A stretch of 64,000 nt of DNA, taken from the human T2T-CHM13v2.0 reference genome, Homo sapiens. Location: NCBI RefSeq assembly GCF_009914755.1, contig NC_060932.1. One strand, 5' to 3'. A program made the position numbers and the translations under genes. Positions 17,599 through 31,800 of this stretch are shown in pieces. The notes below the pieces were generated by a model. The model was not told the DNA's origin. It saw only the letters and a list, made by a program, of their open reading frames with translations, and searched no databases. Each line of letters begins with the position of its first letter. The first letter of the stretch is position 1.

Positions 17599-17871
<273 letters not shown>

Positions 17872-18522
17872 TTATTATTGATTTTGAATCCATTTTTTAA
17901 TTCCATAAACATATACTAGAAATAATATACTATGTGCTAGAACTGAGCTAAGAAACCAAAGTGAAATAAGATGCTATTTCTGTACTCAAGAAACTTAAGA
18001 AATTTGTTTTTGTCAAAATAACCAAGGAGGAGTTTGCGAGGAGTTTGGAGGCATGTGAGATCCTGATCAGCCCAGGACCAGATAAATTGAGATACTTTTC
18101 CAGGTCCCATTTTTCCCACTCCAAGGCATCCCTTCCTATTTAAATGTCCACTGAACCCTCCTTACCACATTGTTTCATGCAAAGCGTAATTTTTTGGAAA
18201 GACTAGATATTAATAATAAATTCCTTAGAATGGATTGATATCATTATATTACTTCTTTAACTTGAAAGGTGGTATCCTAAAAAAGTAATATACTGATGTC
18301 AATCTAGGCATTAATTACTATTAGAAAAATGGGCATTGTAATGATGTCGTAAGCTTTAGGGCTGGCCTAAAATTTTATCACCTCTAGCCTTTGTAAACAC
18401 AGCAAAGTAGGAGTGGGCATGTATTTATTTCCTGCCTCTTACCCCTTCCTTAAATTATTTTATATCCTGAGTCCTGGCCTACCTCCAGTTTCCCAATTAG
18501 TATCAGATTTAGAAAAGACAGC

Positions 18523-18563
<41 letters not shown>
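18523..18563. repeat. (CA)~20 microsatellite
   Basis: Perfect AC run. Confidence 0.97.
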
Positions 18564-18570
<7 letters not shown>

Positions 18571-18911
18571 GGAGTTTCTTACAAATTGGGGCAAAGAGTC
18601 AAATGCCCAATGCCTCCATACTTCAATATTTTAAATTAACTCTTAAAAATTATAGTGGCTGGGTAAACTGTATTCTTTCATGGTTTTCCTGTGATCATGG
18701 AAAGAAAATCTAAGATGAATTCTATTTGTATGAAATTACCCGACTTTTAATTTGATTCTTCCACTGATAAGGTTGACTGCATAGTTGATTCAAACGAAGA
18801 AAGTGCTACCAACAGCCATCAAGATGAGCAAAAGACCTAGCTCAAATGAAGGAGCTCCCAGTGGCCAAATCTGGAACAATTTAAGGGAAGAAAAGAAAAG
18901 ATAGTTTTATT

Positions 18912-19663
<752 letters not shown>

Positions 19664-22600
19664 TCATCGTTGCAAGCAAAATCAACTAATGAATGCTAAA
19701 TTTAAGAGCCAAAATTTAAGAAAAAGATATGATTTGATATTAAATGATATTATTTGAATAATTTCAAAATAATCTTCCCCAGCATTTGTGTCGATTGCAA
19801 ACAGAAAATGCTAACTTTATAGTGAAGAAACCTTGCAAACATCACCTTAACCAATGAATCAAGATTAACTTTCCAGCAGTAAGATATATTTACACCATGA
19901 TGTGATGAACTGAGAAGGGCACATCATTTCTGTCATGTTCCTGACAAAAATGCATTACCTCATCCTGATCAGCAGAAGACATCAGACACACCAAAACTGA
20001 GGCACTTGACCAGTATGCTTCAAAAGTGTCGAGTCCATGAAAGACAAGGAAAGACTAAAGATCTGTCACAGATTTGAAGAGACTAGTGAGGCATGAAACA
20101 ATACATTATAGGATCCCTTATTAGAACCTGAAACAATAAGAAAGCATTAGTGAAAAAATTGGGGTAATAACATCTGCTGTTTAGTTAACAGTATTGGGCC
20201 AATATTAGTTTTCTTGTTTTGAAAATTGAACCATTTTTAGGATTTTATAAGAGTAGGGAAAATAGGTAAAGGTGATCTGAGATTTCTCTATGTACTAATT
20301 TTGCTACTCTTTCCTGTCTAAAATTATTTGGAAAAAAAAGTTAACAACAATAAAAATCTGTGCACGGTTATGGATAATTTAAGTTTTCTTATTTTTGTTT
20401 ATCTGTATTTTTCTATCATGAGTATGTATGTATTACTTTTTACTTAAATAAAGTGTTTAAAAGGCCAAAAAGGAAGCCTGGCTCAAGCAGGGATACATAA
20501 TATTCCTGACACAAATACATAAATATACAAGATTTCTAGGGGAGGTAGCTCATTAACAGATAATCCCCACAAAGTGCACGGCTTCATGAAAGACACTTCC
20601 ACCTTTCAGTTGATAGAGGAATATGTATTCATACCAAGATATACAAGGATATGTTTTAAAGCTGTTTGTTATACTGAAAGTAACACATGTAATCTATTAC
20701 TTATTGGTTGTCAGTTGAACTTTTTCAAATTAGTTAACCTCTGGAGCACCATTTACTCATCAATTATTTAAAATTATCTTTGGTCATGGCTTTTGCAAGG
20801 ATTAAATGACACAAATCTGGTAATGCGCTCTGATAGTTGTAAAATGTTCTTTTACTCATCCATTACTGTTACTGTTTGGTATGTTCAATTGACAAGTGAG
20901 CCACAGGCAGACAGGATTCTTTCTGATAACTGATCTGAAAAAGTTAACTGAACTTCATGCAAAAGCCTATTTTACCCTCACTTAACTGAAATGTGGCTGC
21001 AGGGAAGGCTTTGGAGAAGAGAGAGATGAGTGAGCACTTTTCTCTTTTGAGCCTGGACTTAGGATGAAATATGTATGGAAATTAAGTCATTTTCAGTTCA
21101 TCTTGATTTTTGTTGCTCTCCTCATACCTTCCTGACCTTCGTTTGCCCCTGAGCTTTTTCAGTGCTGAGTGATGATCATGTAGGTAGAAATCATATGGAA
21201 AGCATGCCATGCGTGCAGGATGCACAGGGATGCAGGAATTTAATTTTCTTTCAGTGCAAAGCAGCCCTGACTGCTTAAGACTGATTTCCCTTTACAGCAA
21301 AATGTACAAAAGAGTATTGGGAGAAAAGTTTTCCACTTTAAATAAATTCTGCTGCTTGTGCTTTATGTGAGGAGATTTATGAAGTTCATTTAAAAAATTG
21401 GCTAAGTAAAGGGAGTTTTCAATCTGAAATGAAGACAAACTAAGGGAAAAAAAAACAAAATATATGGGGATCTGACTCATCCTAGCCCATTAGCTCGGCA
21501 CTGGTGCACACATACATAATGTTAATGCAGGAGTACAGTTTTAAAACCTGATTAGAGTAAAGACTAAGAATTTGAAAAATAATCAAGTGAATCAACATTA
21601 CAGTACACAACAAAGAATACTCTTGGAGCAGATGACAATGGAGAGAAGCAGAGAAGACTATCTTGTATTTAATCCCTGATTATCAGGGCAAGTGTTTTAA
21701 GGAAACAGATAAAAAGTTAAAGTGCATATATAATGAGAAAATTACATAAAGTTGTGGCCTGGAAAAAAAAAGCCTTTCATTTTTAACTTAATTCCTAGTT
21801 AGGAATAATCTAACAGTCTAATAAAAGCATTAATAGAAAGTTAACATAACAAATTATTAATTTTTATTTACATTCTTGTCATTAGATTTTAAATTTGTAG
21901 TTACAGAGTTCATAACACAGCCCCATTCCAGGAAAGTTAAGGCAAAACATGTTTATTAAAAAAATTTTATTTCTTTCTTTTTATTGCGCAGTAGCTATAA
22001 CAAGGCATTTCCTAACACAGAGGACAGAGAATGATGTAGTACCAATGGATGCATAAGCCTAATATGATTAGCATTTCTTTGCAGGTAATTTTTTTTTTCC
22101 TCATAAGGGAAAAACATTCCCCATCCTTGTCACATTTCTCAATTTATATAGAGGAAAGTGAGTCATTAGGGATGAGTTATTGTCTGTGGGTGAGACAGTC
22201 CACTCATCTTGTAGTTGTATGCATTTTCCATTTCACGTTCTACACATTGCTCTTAAGTTACCACGCATTGCCTGAGAAATTAAATGTCTTTCTTTGCACT
22301 GAAAAACAAATGCAGAACAGCTCATTTTCCTTTGCTGAGAGGCAGAGCTAGAACATAGGTATGCAAAGAATTATTCTTAATATAGATGAAAAATATTTCC
22401 CCAAAGCATTGAAAATTCCCTTTTAGTCTAAGCATAGTGGCTCTTAAATAGAGACTTGCACAATCGTTAACACCAATTTATGTAACAGGCAATTTGAAAA
22501 GACTTTTAGAAATCCTGGGAAGTTACGACTACAACACATTTGTTCATTAGCTCTCAGTCTAATTACCACAAAGCCATTCACCCTCACCTTCCTGAATCAA

Positions 22601-23924
22601 TGTTCATATTAAATGGAGGGTGTCCTTCTGTGGACTCTGAGGAACGTGGCCTTGCCAAAACTTAGAGCGCACACAAGGAGCCCTACTGTTGAGGTCTAAC
22701 ATCTGATCTATCACTGAAGAGAGTCGTAAAGGTATTCAGTATTAATGACTATAAGGACTGAATCTAATAACTGCAATTTTAAGTAGGATTTGAAGTTGTA
22801 AATGTCAGAAGAACAGAAAATGATGTGTCCAATTGTAGTGCCTACTGTGACTCTAATTGGCAAAGTCATTGATATAACAGGTCATTGTTTATGGAGCTCC
22901 TCTGTGGGGAATTAAGAATAACTGAATACTATAGTTTATGAGCTAGATGCAATTTGGGGAAGAAAGAGACAGCACGAGTGGGTCTTTTCTGTAACAGATT
23001 GCATTCGACAATCTCAAAATTCTAGGTTATTATCTGGGAAAAAAATCTTTAAAAAAATATTCAAGTGATGTGTGTTCATTAAATCTGAGTGTTGACAAAG
23101 TGCTCAATTCGTTAAAGGTTCCATTTATATTATGCATCAATTTAGGTTATAAAATACTTGGCAGATAATAGTGGTGGTGGGGAGAGGAGTGCTTACCACA
23201 CCTGCTCAAGAGAGATCTGGAATATATTAATTTAAACAAGAAAGTAAAATTATTTAAATTGGTCTTACCTCTTAAGATTGGTCTTTCAGTACAAAGAAAC
23301 TTGCTATTTGAAATTGTTTCATATGAAAGGTGTATTTTCTATGATGAATGACTGAATATGACATAAAAGTCCTCTACAGTGACAGTTAATTGTTCAAAAT
23401 ATTTCTCTCTTGTTCTTTTGGTATATACTTCATTAGACATTAATCATTTACATTCTCGATATTTCCCGTGAGAGTAATTGAATCATTTCTTGACTCAGTC
23501 TTAAATCAATTAAAATTGGATAGTAAATTATTTGAGAAATTATTATAAATACATTTTATATTCTTTCAAACTAACCAAATTGTACAATATTCTGTACATC
23601 ATTTTTGAACAAAGATTAACATTTTGACTTAAGTGAGTGACAGATTGATACTCTGATGGGTGATAAAACAGCTTTCAATTATTTGGAAGAGCAAATTTGA
23701 GTTGCTCTTAATGCTCTGTCTCTTGTGTTCCATCAGCACTCACCATATGAATAGGAACCAATGCCAATTTGGCATGCTGAATTGAGGTTCCCAGAGGTAT
23801 ATTTTAGGAATAGTTGATATTGGTATCAATATGTGTAAATGCATGTTAAACTGTGTTTCAAGCATTTCTGTAAACTGATGTTGCCAGTAAACCATATGTT
23901 TCCAAATCTGAAGTCTATTATATA

Positions 23925-24155
23925 ATAATAGAGCACATTTACTGGGTAGTTACTATGTGTTAGGCCCTATTCTATGTTCTTTTGATGGATTAGGTCATTT
24001 AATTCTCAAAATAACCCCATGAGAAGAAGCCTGTCATCCTTATTTTATAAATGAGGAAAGTGAGGTACACAATGGTTAGGTAATTGTCAAAGCCGCACAT
24101 CTAATTTAATTGTGAAGTTGAGGTTCAAGAATAACAATCTTGTCCCAGAGCTCAG
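23925..24155 (-). mobile_element. MIR
   Basis: catttactgggtagttactatgtgttaggc...tcatttaattctca...attttataaatgaggaaagtgaggtaca. Confidence 0.8.
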
Positions 24156-24346
24156 GTTAGAAAAAAATAAAATAATATAATTATTGTTTTTACATATTTA
24201 TGAATATAATCTGCCAGTAGTAGCATTAGAGTTTTGCAAAATGTATATACAAAAACATTCAGGAAAACACATAAAAAGATGACTTACTGGGGTCAACACT
24301 GACATTATTTATTTATGACAATTTTCAGAGAGTACGTTCTTATTTA

Positions 24347-24694
<348 letters not shown>

Positions 24695-24778
24695 TCAGTC
24701 ACTCAATTAAATCCAATGATTTTTAAATTTGATTACATTATTATTATTTCATTAAACTTCAATCTCACTACTAGGTGT

Positions 24779-24974
24779 TGTATTAGTCTGTTTTCATGCT
24801 GCTGATGAAGACATTCCCTGAGACTGGGTAATTTACAAAAAGGGGGTTTAATGGGGAACTCACAGTTCCACGTGGCTGGGGAAGCCTCACAATCTTGGCA
24901 GAGGGCAAGGAGGAGCAAGTCATGTCTTATGTGGATGGCGGCAGGAAAAGAGATCTTTTACAGGGAAACTCCTG
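24779..24974 (-). mobile_element. THE1A/B solo LTR, first half
   Basis: TGTATTAGTCTGTTTTCATGCTGCTGAT...GGAGGAGCAAGTCATGTCTTA...GGGAAACTCC; preceded by GGTGT (24774-24778). Confidence 0.92.
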
Positions 24975-25887
24975 TTCTTTTTGTTTGTTTGTTTTTGTTT
25001 TTTGTTATACTGTAAGTTCTGGGGTACATGTGCACAACGTGCAGGTTTGTCAGAGGTATACACGTGCCATGGTGGTTTGCTGCACCCATCAACTCATCAT
25101 CTACATTAGGTATTTCTCTCAATGCTATCCCTCCCCCAGCCCCCCACTCCCCAACAGGCCCTGGTGTGTGATGCCCCCCCACCCCATGCATATGTGTTCT
25201 CATTGTTCAACTCCTACTTACAAGTGAGAGCATGCAGTGTTTGTAAGTGTTTGTTTTCCTGTTCTTGTGTTAGTTTGCTGATAATGACGGTTTCCAGCTT
25301 CATCCATGTCCCTGCAAAAGACATGAACTCATCCTTTTTTATGGCTGCATCATACTCCATGGTGTATACGTGCCACATTTTCTTTATCCAGTCTATCATT
25401 GATGGGCATTTGGGTTGGTTCCAAGTCTTTGCTATTGTGAATAGTGCTGCAATAAACATACCTGTGCATGTGTCTTTATAGCAGCATGATTTATAATCCT
25501 TTGAGTATATACCCAGTAATGGGATGGCTGGGTCAAATGGTATTTCTAGTTCTAGATCCCTGAGGAATCGCCACACTGACTTCCACAATGGTTGAACTAG
25601 TTTACAGTCCCACCAACAGTGTAAAAATGTTCCTATTTCTCCACATCTTCTCCAGCATCTGTTGTTTCCTGACTTTTTAATGATTGCCACTCTAACTGGT
25701 GTGAGATGGTATCTCAATGTGGTTTTGATTTGCATTTCTCTAATGACCAGTGATGGTGCGCTTTTCTTCATATATTTGTTGGCCACATAAGTGTCTTCTT
25801 TTCAGAAGTGTTTGTTCATATCTTTTGCCCACTTTTTGATGGGGTTGTTTGTTTTTTTCTTTTAAATTTGTTTAAGTTCCTTGTAGA
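24975..25887 (-). mobile_element. L1PA (L1PA7-like) 3' end, ~0.9 kb, 5'-truncated
   Basis: (TTTG)n tail and L1PA 3'UTR; ORF 25214-25786 is the ORF2p C-terminus ([26 protein letters not shown]). Confidence 0.95.
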
Positions 25888-25895
25888 TTCCTTGT

Positions 25896-28800
25896 AGAGG
25901 ATGATGTTACTCCCCATACACCAGAGGGTGTACAACCCCCTATGGTATTGTTTGTAATTTCCAGGAGTGGAAGAATGATGTTACTCCCCATATCGCAGGG
26001 GGTGTACACCCAAATGCGATATTGTCCATAATATTTAGGTGGGGATAGGATAGTGTTAATCTCCATATCCCAAAGGGTGTACACCCCCCTCCATTTGTAC
26101 ACCTTCTTGCGATATTGTTCATAATATACAGGGAAAGAGAGGATGATGTTACTCCCTGTATTGCAGGGGGTGTACACCCTCATGCGATATTATCTGTAAT
26201 AACCAGGGAGTGAGAGGATGATGCTACTCTTCATATCACAGGGAATACTCATGCTACTGCGATATTGTTTATAATATTCAGGGAGGGAGAGGATGATGTC
26301 AGTTGCCATATAAAAGGGGATATACCCACCCCTGTGATACTGTTTGTAATATTCACGGGGAAAGGAGATGTTACTACCCATATCACCCGGTGTGTACACC
26401 CTTCTGCGATATTGTTCATAATATTCAGGGGGAGAGAAAATGATCTTACTCCCGAAGTTGCTGTGTATACACAGCCCTGCCATGTTGTTCATAATATCTA
26501 GGGGGAAGAGGGTAATAGTACTCCCCATATCACAGGTGTTGTACAGCCCCTGTGATATTGTTCATAATATCCAGTGGGGGAGAGGATATTACTCTCAATA
26601 TTACGGGGCGGGGGGTACACCATTATATAATATGGTTTGTAATCTGTAGGGGATGACAACATGATATTACTCCCAATATCACAGGGGGTGTACAACCCCC
26701 TCGAGATACTGTTCCTAATATCCAATGGGGGAGGCGATGATATTACTGTCAGTATTGCAGGTGGTGAACACCTCTCCTGTGATATTGTTCCTAACATCCA
26801 AAGTGGAGAGGATGATATTGCTTCCAATATTACAGGGGGTGTACACCCCTCCTATGATATTGTTCCTAATATTCCGGGAGTGGGGAGAGGATGATATTAC
26901 TCCCAATATTGCAGGAGGTGTGCACACCACTGTGATATTGTTCCTAATATTCTGGAAAGGAGAGAATGATATTACTTCCAATACTACAGGGGGTGTACAC
27001 CCCTCTTATGATGTTGTCCCTAATACTCAGGGGGAGAGAAGATGATATTACCCCCAATATCGCAGGAGGTGTGCATTTCTTCGTGATATTGTTGCTAATT
27101 ACCATGGGGTGAGAAGATGATATTGCTCCCAATGTCACAAGGGGTGTACACCCCCCATGATATTTTTCCTAATATCCAGAGGGGGATAGGATGATATTAC
27201 TCCCAATATAGCAGGTGGTGTACACTCCCCTTGTGATACTGTTTCTAATATCCAAAAGGGGAGACAATGATATTACTGTCAATACCGCAGGGGGTGTACG
27301 CACCCTCTGTGACCCTGTGATATTGTTCTTAATACCCAGGTTGGGAGAGGGTGATATTACGCCCAATATCACAGAGGGGGTACACCCCGTTTGTGATATT
27401 GTTTCTAATACCCGGGGGGGGGAGAGAATGTTATTACTCCCAATATCGCAGGGGGTGTACACCCCCCTGAGATATTGTTCCTAATATCCGGTGGGAAAGA
27501 GGATGATATTACTCCCAATAGTGCAGGGAGTGTACACCCTTCCTGTGATATTGTTTCTAATATGCAGAAAGAAATAGGATGATATTACTTCCAATAGCTC
27601 AGGGGGTGTACACACCCCCTGTGATATTGTTCCTAATATCCAGGGTAGGAGAGGAATGATATTACTTCCAATATCGCAAAGACTGTACACCCCCGCTGTG
27701 ATATTGTTCCTAATATCCAGGTCAGGAGAGGACAATATTACTCCCAATATCGCAGGGAGTGTATATCCCGCCGCGTGATATTGTTCTCAATATCTGGGGC
27801 GGGGGGAAAGGATGATATTACTCCGAATATCTTAGGGGATGTACACCCCTCTGTGATATTGTTCATAGTATCCAGTGAGGAAGACAATGATATTATTCCC
27901 AATATTGCAGCAAGTGTGCAACCCCACCCCCCATGGTATTGTTCCTAATATCAATGGGAGAGAGGATGATATTACTTTCTATATCGCTGGGGTGTACTCC
28001 CCACTTGTGATACTGTTAATAATTTCAAGGGTGGGAGACGATAATATCACTGTAAATATCGCAAAGGGTGTACAACGGCCCTGTGATATTGCTCCTAATA
28101 TCCGGGGGAAGAGAGGATGATATTAATCCCAATATAGCAGGGGTTGTCCACCCCCTTAGTAGATGTTGTTACTAATACCCAGGAGACGAGAGTGTGATAT
28201 CATTCCCAATAACTCAGCGGGTGTACCTCCTGTTTGTGATATTCTTCCTAATATTCAGTGGGGGAGAGGATAATAATACTCCCAATATCGTAGGGGATGT
28301 AGGACCCCCTGTGATATTGTTCCCAATATACAGTTTTGGAGAGGTTGATAATACTCCCAATATCGCAGGGGTGAACACCTTGCCTGTGGTATTGTTCCTA
28401 ATATCCACTGGGGTGTATCATGATATTACTGCCAATATCGCAGACAGTGTAAAAACCCCTATGATATTGTTCCTAATATCCAGGGGAAGAAAATGATATT
28501 ACTCCCAATAGTGCAGGGAATGTACACCCCCGTGTGTTATTTTTCCTACTCTCCAGGAGGGGAGAGGATATTACTCGCAATATCGCAGGAGGTGTACAAC
28601 CCCTGGTGATATTGTTCCTAATATCCAGGGGTAGAGGATGATATTACTCTCAATATCGCAGTTGCTGTACACATCTCCTGTAATATTGTTTCTAGTATCC
28701 AGTGGGGGAGAGGATGAAATTACTCTTAATATCTCAGGGGGTATACACACTCCCTGTGATACTGTTCCTAATATCCAGAGGGGGAAAGGGTGATATTACT

Positions 28801-31800
28801 CCCAATATCAAAGGGGTTGTACAACCACCCCCATGATATTTTTGCTAATATCCGGGGTGGGGGGGAGAGGATGACATTACTTCCAATGTCGCAGGGAGTG
28901 TACACCCCCTCTGTGATATTGTTTTTAATATTCAGATGGGAGAGCATTATATTACAATATCACAGGGTGGTGTACACACCCGTCTGTGATATTCTTCCTA
29001 ATACCCAGGAAAGGAGAGGATGATATTACTTTCAATATCGCAGGAGTTGTACACATCTCTGTGATCTTGTTTTTAATACCCGGAGAGGGAGAAAATGATA
29101 TTACTACCAATATCGCAGGCAGTGTACACCCCCCCCCCGTGATATAGTTTCTAATATTCAGGGAGGAAGAGGATGATATTATGCCCAATATTGCAGGGGT
29201 TGTACACTCACCCTGTGACATCATTCCTGTGATATCACCCTGTGATATCTAAATTTCCAAAGAGGGAGATGTTGTTACTCTTAATATTGTAAACACGCTG
29301 TGTAGACACCCTCCTGTCATATGGCTCGTAATATCTGGGGGGGCGGGGAGAGAAGATGGTGATATTACTCCCAATATCACAGGGGGGTGTCCACCCACAG
29401 ACATGTGGGGAGTAATATCACCCCCTTCTACCCCACCCTGGACATTATGAGTCATATGACAGGGTCCTCCACCCCCCACCATATAGGGAGTAATGTCACC
29501 CCCCTCTCCCCTCCTGGATATTATGAGCCATATGACAAGGGGGTGTCCACCCCCCGCCATATGAGGAGTAATATCACCCTCTTAAACCCCCCTGGATATT
29601 ACGAGCCATATGACAGGAGGGTGTCTACACAGCGTGTTTACAATATTAAGAGTAACAGTATCTCCCTCTTTGGAAATTTCGAACAATATCACAGGAAATT
29701 GTACAGCACCTGCGATATTGGGAGTAATATCATCCTCTCCTCCCCAGGGATATTAGGAAAAATATCACAAAAGGGATATACACCTCCTGCGATATTGGGA
29801 GTAATATCATCCTCTTCCCCCCCACCCCGGATATTAGGAACAATATCACAGGGGGTGTACACCCCTGAGATATTGGGAGTAATGTCATCCTCATCCTCTC
29901 CCCACCTGGATATTAGGAACAATATCAAAGGGGAGATGTACACGTCTTGCGATATTGGGAGTAACATTGTCCTTTTCCCCCCTGGATATTGGGAAAAACA
30001 TCCAAAAGGGGTGTACACTTTCCGCGATATTGGGAGTAATAACATCCTGTTCTCCTTTGAATATAAGGAAAAATATCACAGAGGGGGTGTACACCCCTGC
30101 GATATTGGGAGTAATATTCTCTCCCCACCTGGATATTAGGAACAATATCAAATGGGGTGTACACCTCCTGCAATATTGGGAGTAATATTGTTTTCTGCCC
30201 CCCCCCCCCGGAGTATTAGAAAAAAATATAACAAAAGCACAAAAAGGGTGTACACCCCTCTGCGATATTGGGAGTAATATCCTCTTTCCCCCACACAAGA
30301 TATAAGGAAAAATGTTACAAAAGGGGTATACACCTTCTGTTGTATTGAAAGTAATATCATCCTCTCTCTCTTTGAATATTAGGAGAAATGTCACAAGGGG
30401 GGTGTACACTTTCTGCAATATTGGGAGTAATATCACCCACTGGATACTAGGAACAATATCACAAAAAGGGTGTACACCGCCTGCGATTTTGGGAGTAATA
30501 TCGTCCTCTCCCACTTTGAATATTAGCAAAAATACCACAGAGGGGTTGTACACCCCCTGCGATATTGGGAGTAATATCATCCTCTTCTTCCCTGAATATT
30601 AGGAACAATATCACAGGGGGGTGTACACTCCGTGACATTGAAAGTTCTGTTATCCTCTCCGCACCAGGATATTAGGAAAAATATCTCGGAGGAGTGTGCA
30701 TTTCCTGCCATATTGGGAGTTATTGTCGTTTCCCTCCATAAATATTAGGAACATATCACAAGAAGGGCATACACCCCCTGCGATATTGGGAGTAATATCA
30801 TCCTCTCCTTTTGTGAATTTTAGGAACAATATCACAGGGGGGATGCACACCCTCTGCTATATTGGGAGTAATATCATCATCTCACTCCCTGGATAATAAA
30901 ACAATGTAACAGTCGGGGCGTGCACCTCCTGCAATAATGGGAGTAATATCATTCTCTCCCTTCCTGGATATTAGAAACAATATCACACGGGGGGTGTGCA
31001 TTCCCTGCGATATTGGGAGTTATGTCATCCTCTCACCCTGTGGATAGTACAAACAATATCACAGGGGGGTGTACACACGTGGTGTTTACGATATTGGGAT
31101 TGATATCATCCTCTTTCTGCCTGGCTATTGCAAATAATATCACAAGGGGATGTACACTATCTGCAATATTCAGAGTAATATCATCCTTCCCCCCGCCCCA
31201 GATATTACACAATATCACAGAAGGGTGTACACCCCCTGCGTTATTGGGAGTAATATCATTTTCTCCCATTCTGGATGTTACGAACTACATCAAAGGGGAG
31301 TGTACACCCGTGCGATGCTTGCAGTAATATCATCCTCTCTCCCCCTGGATATTACGAACAATATCACAGGAGGGTGTGCCCTCCCTGGGATATTGGAAGT
31401 AATATAGTCCTCTTTCTCCCTGGATATTACGAACAATATCACGGGGGTGTACACTCACTGCGATATTGGGAATGTTATCATCCACTTTCCCCGTGCATAT
31501 TGCGAACAGTATTACAGGGGCTGTACAGCCCCTGCGATAGGAAGTAATATCATTCTCCCCCTGACTGGATATTAGGAACAATATCACAGGGGGCTGTACA
31601 CCCCCTGCGATATTGGGAGTAATATCATCCTCTACCACCCTGAGTATCACGAACAAGATCACAGGGGGGTGGACACCGCCTGACATTTTGGGAGTAATAT
31701 CATTTTCTACCACCCTGAATATTATGAACAATATAACAGATAATGTACACACAGAATATTTACGGTATTGGGAATAATATCATCTCACCGCCTGGATATT

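Noticed and set aside
25214-25786. 190-aa ORF (also 52985-53539, 184 aa, and 56077-56295)
   Set aside because: C-terminal fragments of L1 ORF2p in 5'-truncated elements, not host genes.
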